This document shows positions 31,747 through 43,008 of a DNA stretch of 64,000 bases, one piece after another (within the stretch, counting starts at the first letter, position 1; each line of letters begins with the position of its first letter). Source of the DNA: an uncultured Thermoleophilia bacterium (GTDB lineage Bacteria > Actinomycetota > Thermoleophilia > UBA2241); contig CAVQSP010000021.1 in NCBI GenBank assembly GCA_963715985.1, positions 1-64,000 on the forward strand, read 5' to 3'. The notes under the pieces were generated by a model. The model was not told the origin of the DNA, did no database searches, and saw only the letters and a list, made by a program, of their open reading frames with translations. Made by a program: the position numbers and the translations under genes.

Positions 31747-33312
31747 GTGGCGGTCACGTCCATCCCCGAGCAGACGGCGCGCGATGACCGCTTCTCGCGG
31801 TTCGTCAGCCGCGTGTCGTGGCTGAGCCGGCACCGGCGGGGCGCGCTGCTGCTCATCGTCGCGTCCATCGCCGGGGCGCTGCTCCTGGACATCGCCTTTC
31901 CCAGCTACCCCATCGCCGGCTTCTACCTGGTGCCGGTCACGGTGGCGGCGCTCACCCTGAGAGTGCGCGTCACCATTGCCGTGAGCGCCCTGTGCCTGGC
32001 GCTCGCTCTGTACGTGATGGTCGTACAGGGCCGCACGGACGGCCCGACCATCACCGTGGTGTGCTTCTGCATGCTGGGCGGGGCGGGGCTGATCGCCTTG
32101 GCGTACCTCTTCAAGCGTGTGGACGAGATGTACGAGACGGAACGCGTCACCACGGCGCGCCTCGGGTCGCTGGCCGTGCAGCTGCAGACCCTGCAGGAAG
32201 GCGTGGTGCTGGATCCGGAGCGCCCTGTCTCCGACCTGCTGGGTCACGTCATCGAGCAGGCCGGCCAGCTGCTGGGCAGCGACGGCTGCTGCCTGTACCG
32301 GCTGGACCAGGACAGCGGAGCGCTCATCGTGGCGGCGTCGGCCGGCGCCACTCCGCCGGCGGAGCGGAGGGACGCCGTTGGCAGCGACCGCGATCCGGTC
32401 GCACGCGCCCTCGGCGAGAGGCGCCCGGTCGTGGTGAGTGCCGAACGCGGGTCCGGCGCTGCCCGCGGCGGCGGGGGTACCGGCGGCGCCGCGGCCGAAG
32501 ACGATGCGGGCGCCCTGCTGGCCGTGCCCCTGCTGGTGCGCGATCACCCGTATGGCGTCCTCGCCCTGTCATACCTCGAGCCGCGCGTGTTCACGGACGT
32601 CGACGTGCGCCTGGCGGCGTCTTTCGGCGGCCAAGCCGCACTCGCCATCGAGAACGCGCGGCTGCGCGCCGAAGTGGAACAGAACGCCGTGGCCAGCGAG
32701 CGCTCGCGTCTCGCGCGCGACCTGCACGACTCGGTCACGCAGTCGCTGTTCGCCGCAAGCCTCAAGGCGGAGGCCGTGCGCCGCCGCTGGGACCCGCCGT
32801 CGGCGGAGGCGCGGCGCGACGTGGAGGACGTCGAGCGGCTCACGCGCGGCGCCCTCGCCGAGATGCGCTCCCTGCTTCTCGAGATGCGCCCGCAGACCTT
32901 GGCAGACGCCTCGCTCGGCGTGCTGCTTGAGCATCTGGTGGCGGCCGCCGAAGGCCGTATGCTCATCGACGTGGAGCTCACGGTGTCCGGCACGTGCGAC
33001 CTGCCGCCGGACGTCACCGTCGCCCTGTACCGCATCGCGCAGGAGGCCATCAACAACGTGGAGCGGCACTCCGGGACCACCGCCGCTTGGGTCAGGCTCG
33101 ACTCTTCGGAAGAGGGTGTGCGGCTGCAGGTCGGCGACGACGGCGAGGGCTTCGACATCGGCTACAAGCGACCGGGCCACCTCGGACTCGATATCATGCG
33201 CGAGCGGGCGGACGCCGCCGGCGTGAGGCTGGCCGTCGACAGTGCCGGGGGCAGTGGCACGCTGGTGACTGCCCAGTGGGACTGCACACAGACGGAGGGG
33301 GATGCGGGATGA
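31747..33312 (+). CDS. GAF-containing membrane sensor kinase (HisKA_3/NarX type)
   Basis: TM region, GAF ending LAIENARL, ERSRLARDLHDSVTQ, QEAINN, DDGEGF. Confidence 0.92.
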   Translation: MAVTSIPEQTARDDRFSRFVSRVSWLSRHRRGALLLIVASIAGALLLDIAFPSYPIAGFYLVPVTVAALTLRVRVTIAVSALCLALALYVMVVQGRTDGPTITVVCFCMLGGAGLIALAYLFKRVDEMYETERVTTARLGSLAVQLQTLQEGVVLDPERPVSDLLGHVIEQAGQLLGSDGCCLYRLDQDSGALIVAASAGATPPAERRDAVGSDRDPVARALGERRPVVVSAERGSGAARGGGGTGGAAAEDDAGALLAVPLLVRDHPYGVLALSYLEPRVFTDVDVRLAASFGGQAALAIENARLRAEVEQNAVASERSRLARDLHDSVTQSLFAASLKAEAVRRRWDPPSAEARRDVEDVERLTRGALAEMRSLLLEMRPQTLADASLGVLLEHLVAAAEGRMLIDVELTVSGTCDLPPDVTVALYRIAQEAINNVERHSGTTAAWVRLDSSEEGVRLQVGDDGEGFDIGYKRPGHLGLDIMRERADAAGVRLAVDSAGGSGTLVTAQWDCTQTEGDAG

Positions 33313-33956
33313 GAACGGACGCCGAAGCCGCGGTCATCACGGTGGTCATCGTCGACGACCATCTGCTGGTGCGCAGCGGCCTGGAGACCGTGCTCACGCT
33401 CTTCGACGACATCCGCCTGGTCGCCGAGGCGGACAGCGGCGCCGACGCCGTCGCCGTGTGCCGTCGCGAGCAGCCGGACGTCGTGCTCATGGACCTCATG
33501 ATGCCGGACATGAACGGCGTGGAGGCCACGAGGCGGGTGCTGGAGGCGTGCCCTCACACCCGGGTCGTGGCCCTTACGAGCTTCACCGACGAGGGCCTCA
33601 TCGAGGAGACGCTGCGCGCCGGCGCCATCGGCTACCTGATGAAGAACGTCTCGGCCGACCAGCTCGCGGACGCCATCCGCGCCGCGCACGCCGGGCGCTC
33701 GACACTCGCGCCGGAGGCGGCCGACGTGCTGGTGCGCGCCGTCTCCGCGCCCAAAGGCACCGGCGACAACCTCTCGCAGCGCGAGCGCGAGGTGCTCGTG
33801 CTCATGGCCGAGGGCCTCACCAATGCCGACATTGCCGGCCGCCTGGTCATCGGCGTCTCCACCGTGAAGACGCATATGAGCAGCATCATCGCCAAGCTCG
33901 GTGTGGCCACGCGCACGGAGGCCTGCAGCGTGGCCATCCGGCGCGGGCTGGTCTGA
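33309..33956 (+). CDS. NarL/LuxR-family response regulator
   Basis: VDDH, LMDLMMP, LSQREREVL, TVKTHMSSI. Confidence 0.93.
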   Translation: MRTDAEAAVITVVIVDDHLLVRSGLETVLTLFDDIRLVAEADSGADAVAVCRREQPDVVLMDLMMPDMNGVEATRRVLEACPHTRVVALTSFTDEGLIEETLRAGAIGYLMKNVSADQLADAIRAAHAGRSTLAPEAADVLVRAVSAPKGTGDNLSQREREVLVLMAEGLTNADIAGRLVIGVSTVKTHMSSIIAKLGVATRTEACSVAIRRGLV

Positions 33957-34133
33957 GGCGTCCACGCGGCGCCGGGGACGGCGCCGCGTGAGGCGGCGTC
34001 ACACGGGACCGGCGCCGGTTACCGCTCTGTAGCCCGCCGACAATCGCCAGGGAATCTGAGCCCTTCATCCTGTGGGTCGACGGCTGCGCGCCCCCGCGCG
34101 GCCGGAACGAGTCCACAAGGCAAGGAGATCAGC

Positions 34134-34714
34134 ATGAAGGGCAACAGGAGCAAGTGGGGATTCGTCATCGTGGGCGCCGTCGCGGCGCTCACGCTCGGCG
34201 TGATCGGCGTGGCCGGCGCCACCAGCAACACGACGGCGACGCCGGTGCCGAGCGCGTCCGCCCAGGCCGGCGAGGCGCACGTCCCCGGCGGTGGCGGCGA
34301 CGGCGGCCCGGCGGCCACCGCGGCGACGGCCACCACGGCGGCTTCGGCGGCATCGGCGACATCCCCGAGGCTCTGGCCACGCTGACCGGCACCGACGAGG
34401 CGGCGATCATGCAGCAGCGTGCCGCCGGCACGAGCTTCCTCGAGATCGCCAAGGCCAAAGGCATCACCGAGGCACAGGTCATCGCCGAGGTCACGAAGAT
34501 CGAGACCGCCGAGCTCGACGCGGCCGTCAAGGCCGGCCAGATCACCGAGGCGCAGCGCACGCAGTACCTCTCCGCCCTGCCGGCGAGCATCAAGCAGGCG
34601 CTGACCGACACGCAGGCCATGCCGGCTCACGGCCCGGACGGCGACGGGAAGAGCGGCAGCGACACGAGCGCAAGCCCTTCGACGAGCGCTACGACGACGT
34701 ACCAGACGTACTGA
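34134..34714 (+). CDS. Secreted helical hypothetical protein (frameshift near 34305)
   Basis: AAGGAG RBS, signal peptide, His/Gly linker, SFLEIAKAKG...LDAAVKAGQITEAQ. Confidence 0.7.
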
Positions 34715-34954
34715 GACGCTGACGGCGGCCGCGGCCGCCGACAGATCTGCCGGGCCGGGGGCGGCGCCTGGACAGGCGCCGCCCCTCGCTCGTAGTGGTA
34801 TGCCGCCACCTGCTCCGGACATCCTTCGAACGGCTGACCTGAGAATCAGTCTAGAGGATGGCAGGTTGCTCCATCTTCCGCACGATGCCGGGCGCTCTTC
34901 CGGCTGCTTGAATGGAGTCTGGGAAACCGTGACGCCGCACAGGGGGAGGCGCAG

Positions 34955-35395
34955 GTGCTCGGACACATCCTCGTGGCCTCCGAGGGGGCAGAGTCACGTG
35001 GCGCAGCCGTCGTCGTCGCGCACCTCGTGGAGGGGTACTCGGCGCCGGTCGAGGTCGTGGTCCTGCACATCAACGAGGTGGAGTACGAGGCCGCGGCTCC
35101 CGACCGCGAGGCCAGCGACGTCCATCCCGAGGCGCGAGTCCAGGTCAACGAGCTCGTCGAGGAGTTTCGCGCGCTCGGCGTGAACGCCACGGGCGCGGTG
35201 CGCGGCGGGCTCTACGACTCCGTTGCCGAAGACATCGTCGCCGAGGCCCGCGAGCGGGGCTCCGACCTCATCGTCGTCGGCTGCAAGGGCCGCGGCGGCC
35301 TGAAGGCGCTGCTCGTGGGCAGCGTGTCCCAGGCAGTGATCCGGCTCGCCGAGTGTCCTGTGCTCGTGCTCAACGCGCCCGCTTCCGGGGACTGA
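34955..35395 (+). CDS. Universal stress protein
   Basis: [30 protein letters not shown]. Confidence 0.88.
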   Translation: MLGHILVASEGAESRGAAVVVAHLVEGYSAPVEVVVLHINEVEYEAAAPDREASDVHPEARVQVNELVEEFRALGVNATGAVRGGLYDSVAEDIVAEARERGSDLIVVGCKGRGGLKALLVGSVSQAVIRLAECPVLVLNAPASGD

Positions 35396-35415
35396 GCGGG
35401 CCGGGCGGCTAGCGC

Positions 35416-37659
35416 ATGGCGCGACGCAAACGGAGGGACGGACAGGCCCTGCACCGGGTGCTCGGCGTCGGGGCGCTGTTCAGCACCGCCTACGGCAACG
35501 TCGGCTCCTCGATCTACTACGCGCTCGGCGTGGTCGCCGCTGCCGCGCTGGGGCTCACGCCGCTGGTCTTCGTCATCACCGGCGTGCTCTTCATCGCCAC
35601 CGCCTGGTCCTACTCCGAGGCTACGGCAGCCATGCCTGAGGCGGGAGGCGCGTCCAGCTTCGCGCGACGCGCCTTCAACGAGTACGTGAGCTTCGGTATC
35701 GGCTGGGGCCAGATGCTGGTGTACACGGCCACCATCGCCATCTCAGCCCTCTTCGTTCCCCAGTACCTTTCCATCTTCTGGCCCATCCTTCGCCAGTGGC
35801 CGTACAACACCATCGGCGGCGCCATCACCATCATCGTTCTGGTGGTCATCAACGTGGTCGGCATCAAGGAGGCGGCGCGCCTCAACATCCTCCTCGCCGT
35901 CCTGGACCTGGGCACCCAGGTGTTGATCATGATCATCGCTCTCGTCCTGCTGCTGGAGCCCAAGATCCTCATCGACCAGATCCAGTGGGGCATCGCCCCT
36001 ACGTGGCAGCAGTTCCTGTACGGCCTCGCCATCGGCACCGTCGCGTACACCGGCATAGAGACCATCTCCAACATGGCGGAGGAGGCGACGCGGCCGGCCA
36101 AGGACGTACCCCGCTCCATCAACCTCGTCATCGCCGCCGTGCTCATCGTGTACATCGGCATGCCGCTGGCCGCGCTCTCCGCCATGAAGGTGGGCTACAA
36201 CGAAGTGATCGTGAACCGCGCGACCGGTCTCACCCAGCCGGCGGACGTCTTGCCGGGGCAGATCAAGGGCACGTACGTGCTGAAGAGCGATCCGACGCAG
36301 ACGGTCTACGTGCCCGTCGTACAGCTCGCGGACGGGTCGGTCGTGATCCCGGCGCAAGACCCCACGGGCCCGGTGCAGAGCCTCGAGGGCGAGCTCGTCA
36401 CCAAGCTCCATGGCACTCAGCTAGGCAGCAACTACCTGGAGGACCCTGTCTTGGGAATGGTGCGCTTCCTGCCGGACAACCTGGCCTGGCTGCGCATGAT
36501 CCTCGGTCCGTGGGTGGGCATCCTCGCGGCAACCATCCTCTTCATCGCGACCAACGCCGGCCTGATAGGCGTGTCACGCCTGGCGTACTCGCTGGGGCAG
36601 CACAGACAGCTGCCTCGCGTGCTCGGGCACGTGCACCCCACGCGCATGACGCCGTACGTAGCCATCATCTTCTTCGGCTTCATCAGCCTCATCCTCGTGA
36701 CGCCGGGCAAGATCGGCCTGCTGGCGGACCTCTACGCCTTCGGGTCGATGATCTCGTTCACGGCGGCACACCTCTCCGTGATCGCGCTGCGGTACCGTGA
36801 GCCGGACCTCGAGCGGCCGTTCCGGGCCAAGCTGAACGTGCGCCTGTTCGGCGCCTCGGTGCCGTTGACGGCGGTCTTCGGCGCCATGGGCACGTTCTCC
36901 GTGTGGTGCGTCATCGTCTACTACCAGCCGCAGAGCCGCCTGATCGGCTTCGCGTGGATGACCGCCGGCCTCGTGGGCTACTACATCTACCGCAAGGCCA
37001 AGGGCTACTCGCTCACGCGCACCGTGTACTCCCCGGCCCTGCCCGCGTCCATGCAGGAGGACGTGGTGTACGACCAGCTGCTGGTCCCGCTGACGGGCAG
37101 CCAGGTGAGCGACGAGATGATGGTGCTCGCCTGCCAGCTGGCCACGGAGCGGAACTCGTCCATCGTCGGGCTGTACGTCATCGAGGTGCCCCTCAATCTG
37201 CCCATGGACGCGAAGCTCGCCCGGGAGAAGGCGCTGGCCGAGGATGTGCTGGCCGAGGCCATGCACGTGGCCGAGACGTTCGGCGTCAGGCTCACGCCGG
37301 CGCTGGCGACGGCGCGCTCCGCGGGGCGCGCGATCGTAGAAGAAGCCATCGCGCGCCGCTCCGAGGTCATCGTGCTCGGCTCACAGAGCAAGCGGCGTGT
37401 GGGCGATAAGGTCTTCGGGCGCACCATCGAGTACGTGCTCGAGCATCTGCCCTGCGAGGCGATCATCAACGTGGTTCCCCGGGGGACGGCAGGCGCGACC
37501 CTGGTGTCGTCAGCCGCGCGCCCGGCGGCGGCGGTTGCCGGCGGTGTACCCGCCGCCCCAGGCGCAGCAGCGGGCGCACTCCCCGCCGGACCGCCGACCG
37601 ACCTGCCCGCGGCGGCGAGCACAGCCACACCGGACGCCGCGGCCGGCACCTCGGCCTGA
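35416..37659 (+). CDS. APC-family amino acid/cation permease with C-terminal USP domain
   Basis: [36 protein letters not shown]; C-terminal USP-like domain. Confidence 0.9.
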   Translation: MARRKRRDGQALHRVLGVGALFSTAYGNVGSSIYYALGVVAAAALGLTPLVFVITGVLFIATAWSYSEATAAMPEAGGASSFARRAFNEYVSFGIGWGQMLVYTATIAISALFVPQYLSIFWPILRQWPYNTIGGAITIIVLVVINVVGIKEAARLNILLAVLDLGTQVLIMIIALVLLLEPKILIDQIQWGIAPTWQQFLYGLAIGTVAYTGIETISNMAEEATRPAKDVPRSINLVIAAVLIVYIGMPLAALSAMKVGYNEVIVNRATGLTQPADVLPGQIKGTYVLKSDPTQTVYVPVVQLADGSVVIPAQDPTGPVQSLEGELVTKLHGTQLGSNYLEDPVLGMVRFLPDNLAWLRMILGPWVGILAATILFIATNAGLIGVSRLAYSLGQHRQLPRVLGHVHPTRMTPYVAIIFFGFISLILVTPGKIGLLADLYAFGSMISFTAAHLSVIALRYREPDLERPFRAKLNVRLFGASVPLTAVFGAMGTFSVWCVIVYYQPQSRLIGFAWMTAGLVGYYIYRKAKGYSLTRTVYSPALPASMQEDVVYDQLLVPLTGSQVSDEMMVLACQLATERNSSIVGLYVIEVPLNLPMDAKLAREKALAEDVLAEAMHVAETFGVRLTPALATARSAGRAIVEEAIARRSEVIVLGSQSKRRVGDKVFGRTIEYVLEHLPCEAIINVVPRGTAGATLVSSAARPAAAVAGGVPAAPGAAAGALPAGPPTDLPAAASTATPDAAAGTSA

Positions 37660-37704
37660 CGGCTGCTCACTTCCGGCGCTTCACTCCCGGCCGGTCGGCG
37701 CGGC

Positions 37705-37722
37705 TCTCAGCGCTTACTCAGC
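37705..37722 (+). promoter_or_regulatory. PhoP-type direct repeat (TCTCAGC-N4-ACTCAGC)
   Basis: Resembles the repeats at 42943, 42991 and 40347. Confidence 0.45.
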
Positions 37723-37798
37723 GGGGGCGCAGCCGTGCCTCATGTGCGAGCGGTAGAACTGACTCGGACGTTCGCAGACCGAGGAACGGAGCATCACC

Positions 37799-38485
37799 AT
37801 GGCACTCACTCTGGAGCTCGAGCGAGGCGCACCGCGGCTCGACGAGGAGTTGCGCACGCTGCTCGCCACCGGTGAGGCGCGCACCGCTCATGCGGTGGCG
37901 CCCTCACCCGTCTCTTCTCGCACCGAGTCTCTGGCCGAGGCGCGTCAGCGCCGCCACATCGTCGTCGCTGCCCGCGAGCTGCTCGCCGTGGCCGACTACA
38001 GCGCCGTCGACTTCCACGCCGTGGCGCAGGCCGCCGGCGTACGGCCGGCCGACGTGCGCCGCCACTTCTCCTCGCGCATGGAGCTGACCGCGGCGACGCT
38101 CCGACTCCCGCCCGGTTTGAACAGCGCGACGCGGGCGCGCCTCAACGGCGCGCAGATGGTGGGGCGCTTTCTCGCCTTCTGGGAGGACGGCGACAACGCC
38201 CGCATCCTGCTGAACGTGCTGAGTGCCGCCACCCGCGACCGGCGCGTGGCGCGCGGGATCGAGGCGGGCCTGGAGGAAGCGCTGGTCCGCCCGCTTGCCG
38301 CCGGCCTGTGCACCCCCGACGCCTGCCCCAGAGCGCGCCTCGTCACGTCCGCCCTCATGGGCCTCGCCGTGTCCCGCTACGTCTTGCGCGAGGAGCCGCT
38401 GGCATCGGCCGACCACGCCACCGTGGCCGTCTGGATGGGCCCCTCCGTCGACTGCTACCTGCGCGGGGCGCTGGGCGCCGCCTGA
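37799..38485 (+). CDS. TetR/AcrR-family regulator
   Basis: VAQAAGV...RRHFSSR HTH; actinobacterial C-domain GLAVSRYVLREEPLAS. Confidence 0.82.
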   Translation: MALTLELERGAPRLDEELRTLLATGEARTAHAVAPSPVSSRTESLAEARQRRHIVVAARELLAVADYSAVDFHAVAQAAGVRPADVRRHFSSRMELTAATLRLPPGLNSATRARLNGAQMVGRFLAFWEDGDNARILLNVLSAATRDRRVARGIEAGLEEALVRPLAAGLCTPDACPRARLVTSALMGLAVSRYVLREEPLASADHATVAVWMGPSVDCYLRGALGAA

Positions 38486-38928
38486 GGACCGGAGGGCGCC
38501 CTCCCGGGCGCGCCCTCCGGGTTCGCGCGGCCCCTCCTCCACGCGTCTGGGTCACCCTCCGGCCGCGGACATCGTCCGCGGCCGTCCTGAATGGACTCCG
38601 AGCGCGGTCCCTCTCCGGGCTCTGCGTGGGGGCCGTCCGGCGCGGGGCGCGCCAGGAGCAGCTGGAGCAGGCTCGAACCCGTCGGGCTCATATGGTGCGC
38701 GCCGGAGGAGGCGGTCCTGAGTTCCTGCATGATCGCCGCAGCAGAGTGGTCAGCCTCCACGACGCGCTGCCCGTGCACGCGCCGGCGGTGTCATCGCATC
38801 CCGGACGCGCCACGTCATGGCAGCTGACGGGTGCGAAGGGTGCGGACGCCCGCGTGGGTGTGCGGACGCCTCGCGTGGGTGTGCGGACGATAGCCTCCGA
38901 GCGCATGTGCAGTGGGGGCGGCGACAGC

Positions 38929-40314
38929 TCAGGCGCGGCGGGCGCGGAAGGCCCAGTGCTGCGAGAGCAGGTAGTTCACGCTCAGGGAAGCGGCGATGGC
39001 CGCCAGCTCGATGGCGTTGAGCGCCAGGGTGCGCGGCGCGGTGCCGGCGAGGCCGGACGACGTCAGCACTGCCTCGCCGGTGATCACGATGAGCTCGCTG
39101 ATCCCGAAGGCCAGGGCATTCGTGAGGGCGAAGCGCGCCAGCACCCGGCCGGTCTGCAGGCCGCGCCGGTCGGCGAAGGTCCAGGCGCGGTTGAGGAAGT
39201 ACGAGTTGACGAAGCCGGCCGTCCAGCCGGCCAGGTTGGCCGCCGCGGACGGCGCCCCCAACCATGTGGCCAGGAGGTTGAACACCGCGAACGTGACCGC
39301 GGTGTTGACGACGCCCACCGCGGCGAACTTCAGGAAGCGGCGGTGGCGGTGCACGAGGTAGCGGAGGCGATCACGCCCGCCTGCCAAGCGGTCGCGGAGG
39401 CGGGCATGCACACCTCCTCGGGCCGGCCCGGCCGCGAGAGCCGAGGGAGTCTCGCGGCGCAGGCCGGCCGAAAGAGGGAGCTGGTCGCGGCCCGCCCAGC
39501 GCGAGCGGATCAGACGCCAGGTGCCCTTGAGGTCGTCGATCGCGGTGCGGACGATGTCGACGCGCGAGTCGGGGTCGTCCACCCAGTCGACGGGCACCTC
39601 ATGGATGCGCAGTCTGTTGCGCTCGGCGAGCACGAGCAGCTCCGTGTCGAAGAACCACTGGTCGTCGGCCACGTGCGGCACCAGGGTGCGGGCCACGTCG
39701 CGGGTCACGGCCTTGAAGCCGCACTGCGCGTCCGAGAAGCGGTTGTGCAGGGCGACCTTGAGGATGAGGTTGTAGCAGCGAGAGATGACCTCGCGCTTGG
39801 CGCCGCGCTCCACGCGGGCGCTGTGTGCGAGGCGGCTTCCGATGGCCACGTCGCTGTGGCCCGAGAGCAGCGGGGCCACGAGCGGAAGCAGGGCACGCAG
39901 GTCGGTGGCCAGGTCCACGTCCATGTAGGCCACCACGTCGGCGTCGCTGCCCGTCCACACGGTGCGCAGTGCGCGACCGCGTCCCTTCCGGGAGAGGTGG
40001 ACGGCGCGCACGCCGGGGACGTCACGCTCGAGGCGGCGCGCGATCTGCCAGGTGCCGTCGGTGCTGGCGTTGTCGGCGATGGTGACCACGGCGGCGAAGG
40101 GGAACTCCTCGTCGAGGTAGCCGCGCAGGCGGCGCACGCTGCGCTCAAGGTCGTCCTGCTCGTTGTAGACAGGGATCACGATCTCGACCATGGGGCGACG
40201 CGGCGCACGAGGGAAGTCCCGGTTCTCGTGCGCCGCGCCGGGAGCAACGGCCGGGCGCCTAGGGGTAGCGGTCGCCGGCTCGTGAGGGGGCGCTATGAGG
40301 GCCGCCGTCTTCAT
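38929..40314 (-). CDS. GT2 polyprenol-phosphate glycosyltransferase fused to a GtrA flippase domain
   Basis: IVIPVYNE, ADNASTD, YMDVD, DAQCGFK, WFFDTE; GtrA KFAAVG...LNRAWTF. Confidence 0.92.
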   Translation of the reverse strand: MKTAALIAPPHEPATATPRRPAVAPGAAHENRDFPRAPRRPMVEIVIPVYNEQDDLERSVRRLRGYLDEEFPFAAVVTIADNASTDGTWQIARRLERDVPGVRAVHLSRKGRGRALRTVWTGSDADVVAYMDVDLATDLRALLPLVAPLLSGHSDVAIGSRLAHSARVERGAKREVISRCYNLILKVALHNRFSDAQCGFKAVTRDVARTLVPHVADDQWFFDTELLVLAERNRLRIHEVPVDWVDDPDSRVDIVRTAIDDLKGTWRLIRSRWAGRDQLPLSAGLRRETPSALAAGPARGGVHARLRDRLAGGRDRLRYLVHRHRRFLKFAAVGVVNTAVTFAVFNLLATWLGAPSAAANLAGWTAGFVNSYFLNRAWTFADRRGLQTGRVLARFALTNALAFGISELIVITGEAVLTSSGLAGTAPRTLALNAIELAAIAASLSVNYLLSQHWAFRARRA

Positions 40315-40346
40315 GACCACAGTCTCGCCCCGGCACTTGAACGCGC

Positions 40347-40364
40347 GCTGAGAGCCGGCCGGGG
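40347..40364 (-). promoter_or_regulatory. PhoP-type repeat upstream of GT2-GtrA
   Basis: Minus strand CCCCGGC-CGGC-TCTCAGC-GCGC-GTTCAAG closely matches the 42991-43020 segment. Confidence 0.6.
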
Positions 40365-40522
40365 GTTTCAGCAGAATGCGGGCCGTGCCAGGGATCGAGG
40401 AGTCGCGGTGGACCGGAGGACAGTGCCGACGTGCGCCGCGGAGGCGAGCCGTACCGGCGTTGATGGAGGGCGCGCGAGGCGGGCTGAAACGGGTGCAGGG
40501 CGCGCGAGCCGCGCCGGGCGGA

Positions 40523-42171
40523 TCAGGCAGGGGCGCTTTGGCCGGGCGCGGCCGCAGGCTCTCGCCCGGCCGCAGGCTCTCGCCCGGCCCCCTCCTCCGG
40601 GTGTGTGGCGTCGTCGGCGAGTCGCGGCAGGCGCACGGTGAACACGGCGCCGCCGCTCGCGGCGGGGGCGGCGCGTACGGTGCCTCCGTGTGCCGCGACG
40701 ATGGCGGCCACGATGGACAGCCCCAGGCCCGCGCCGCCGTGAGCGCGCGAGCGGGACGGGTCGGCGCGGTAGAAGCGCTCGAAGACGCGCTCGGCCTGCT
40801 CCGGCGTGAGGCCCGGGCCGTCGTCGGCCACCTCGATCACGGCGAGGTCGTCCTCGGTGCGCAGCGTGACGACGGTGGTGGTGCCGGCCGGCGTGTGGGC
40901 GCGCACGTTGCCGAGCAGGTTGCCCACCACCTGGCGCAGCTTCTCGCGGTCGCCACACACCTCGATGGGCTCCCCAGCTTTGAGCGTCACCGGCCACTCC
41001 GGCCCCAGTGTGGTGGCAGTGTGGACCGCGTCGGCCACCAGCGCCACCAGCTCCGTGGGCTCGCAGGCCATCGGACGGCCTTCGTCGAGGCGTGCGAGCA
41101 GCAGCAGGTCCTGCACCAGCGTGCCCATGCGTGCGGTCTCGTCGCGGATGCTGCCCACGACGCGGGTGAAGTCCTTCTCGTCTTGCACCGCGCCGCTGTC
41201 CAGCAGCTCCGCGTAGGCCGACACGGCCGCGAGCGGCGTGCGCAGCTCGTGCGAGGCGTCGGCCACGAAGCGCCGCATGTGGTCCTCGGACTCGCGCAGC
41301 TCGGCCTCGGTGGCGTCCCGTTCGGCGAACGCGCTCTGGATGCGGCCCAGCATCGTGTTGAGCACGGTGGCCAGACGTCCGACCTCGGTGCGCGGGTTGT
41401 CCACGGGGACGCGTAGGTCGAGCTCGCCGGCGGCGATGGCCTCGGCGGTCCGCTCCACGTCGCCGAGAGGGCGCAGGCCGACGCGCACCAGCCACCAACC
41501 CAGCAGGATCGCCGCCGCCAGCGCTGCCAGCGTGACGAGCGCCTCGACCACGAGCAGCCGGTTGAGCGTGGCATACGTGTTGTTCAGAGGTGTGGCGACG
41601 ATCAGCTGCTCTCCGGTCGGGAAGCAGCGACGGCGCGCACGCGGAAGTGCGGTCCGCCCTTCTCCACGGCGGTCGTCGTGAAGAACACGCCGGGAGGCTC
41701 GTCCGGCGGCACGCCGGCACCGGGCGATGGCAGGGCCGTGGGCAGCGAGACGGCGGTGAGCCCCTCGATGGTCGCCGGCAGCTTGGGCGTGTACGTCGTG
41801 CCGCCGGGCATGGCGGCCGGCTGCACCTGGCCGGACACCGGCGTGCCGTCGGCCGCCCGCACCTGGACGAAGGTGCCGGGGGCGATGTTCATCAGCGTGT
41901 CGGGGAGTCGCGGCTGCGAGGCGGCGACCGCCGTGGCGGTGGTCTCGCCTGCGCCCGGGGCGCCGCCTGTCGCGCTCCCGGTCGCGGCGGTCGAACCCGG
42001 CGGCGGCCCGGCGATGGCGCGCCCCACGGCGCGCTGCATCAGAGTGAGGGTCTCGTCCGCGCGCGTGAAGAGCGAGGAGCGCAGCGAGTAGTACGTGGCC
42101 ACGTCGGCCGCCAGGAGGGCGACCAGGGCCACGGCCCCGACGGCCAGCAGCAGGCGTGTGCGCAGGGACAC
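40523..42171 (-). CDS. Sensor histidine kinase (PhoR/TcrY-like; frameshift near 41630)
   Basis: HAMP, FVADASHELRTPL, NLLGN, DDGPG, GAGLGL. Confidence 0.9.
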
Positions 42172-42882
42172 TCAGGCTCCGGCGTCGCTGTCGTCGCGCA
42201 GGATGTACCCGACGAGGCGGATGGTGTGGATGAGCGGCGGGCCGTGCTTGTCGAGCTTGCGCCGCAGGTAGCCGACGTAGGTCTCCACCACGTTGCCGTC
42301 GCCGCCGAAGTCGTAGTGCCACACGTGGTCCAGGATCTGCGCCTTGCTGAGCACCTGGCGCGGGTTGACCATGAAGAAACGCAGCACGTTGAACTCGGTC
42401 GCGGTGAGCTGGATGGGGTGGCCGGCGCGGCGCACCTCGTGGGCGTTGTCGTCCAGCTCCACGTCGGCGAAGCGCAGGATGCCGTCGTCGTTCTGGTCGC
42501 CGTGCACGCGCCGCAGGATGGCCCGGGTGCGGGCGACGATCTCGGCGAGGGCGAAGGGCTTGGTGACGTAGTCGTCGCCGCCCACGGTGAGCCCGGCGAT
42601 CTTGTCCTCGACCGCGTCGCGCGCGGTGAGGAACAGGACTGGGGTGTGCACGCCGCGGGCGCGCAGGCGGCGTGTGACCTCGAGCCCGTCGAAGTCCGGC
42701 AGCATCACGTCCAGGATGATGAGGTCCGGCGGGTGCTCCTCCACTGCGACGAGTGCCGCCCTGCCGGTGACGGCTTCGTCCACCTCGAATCCTTCGTACC
42801 GCAGGGACATGCCCACGGCATCCACGATCGAGGGCTCGTCGTCCACCACGAGGATGCGTTGTTTGGCCGTGCTCTTGCCCAT
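42172..42882 (-). CDS. OmpR-family response regulator (PhoP/TcrX-like)
   Basis: GGDDYVTKPF, QILDHVWHYDFGGDGNVVETYVGYLRRK. Confidence 0.93.
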   Translation of the reverse strand: MGKSTAKQRILVVDDEPSIVDAVGMSLRYEGFEVDEAVTGRAALVAVEEHPPDLIILDVMLPDFDGLEVTRRLRARGVHTPVLFLTARDAVEDKIAGLTVGGDDYVTKPFALAEIVARTRAILRRVHGDQNDDGILRFADVELDDNAHEVRRAGHPIQLTATEFNVLRFFMVNPRQVLSKAQILDHVWHYDFGGDGNVVETYVGYLRRKLDKHGPPLIHTIRLVGYILRDDSDAGA

Positions 42883-42942
42883 CGGGCCACCTCCTGTCGC
42901 GCGCCATTCTCACAGGAAACGCTGGGCTCCGGCAGGGGGTCA

Positions 42943-42960
42943 GCTGTGAGCCGGCTGTGA
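42943..42960 (-). promoter_or_regulatory. Perfect TCACAGC-N4-TCACAGC direct repeat
   Basis: Minus strand reads TCACAGC CGGC TCACAGC upstream of the response regulator. Confidence 0.75.
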
Positions 42961-42990
42961 ATCGCGGAACCAAGTGACGTCTCCGCGACC

Positions 42991-43008
42991 TCTCGGCCGG
43001 CTCACAGC
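42991..43008 (+). promoter_or_regulatory. PhoP-type repeat upstream of GT39
   Basis: TCTCGGC-CGGC-TCACAGC. Confidence 0.6.

Noticed and set aside
34800-34954. c-di-AMP (ydaO) riboswitch before USP-APC
   Set aside because: I could not find the conserved riboswitch segments; an Infernal search would be needed
40550-40588. 18-bp tandem repeat at the kinase 3' end
   Set aside because: In-frame duplication (AGREPA) in a disordered tail; no evidence of function
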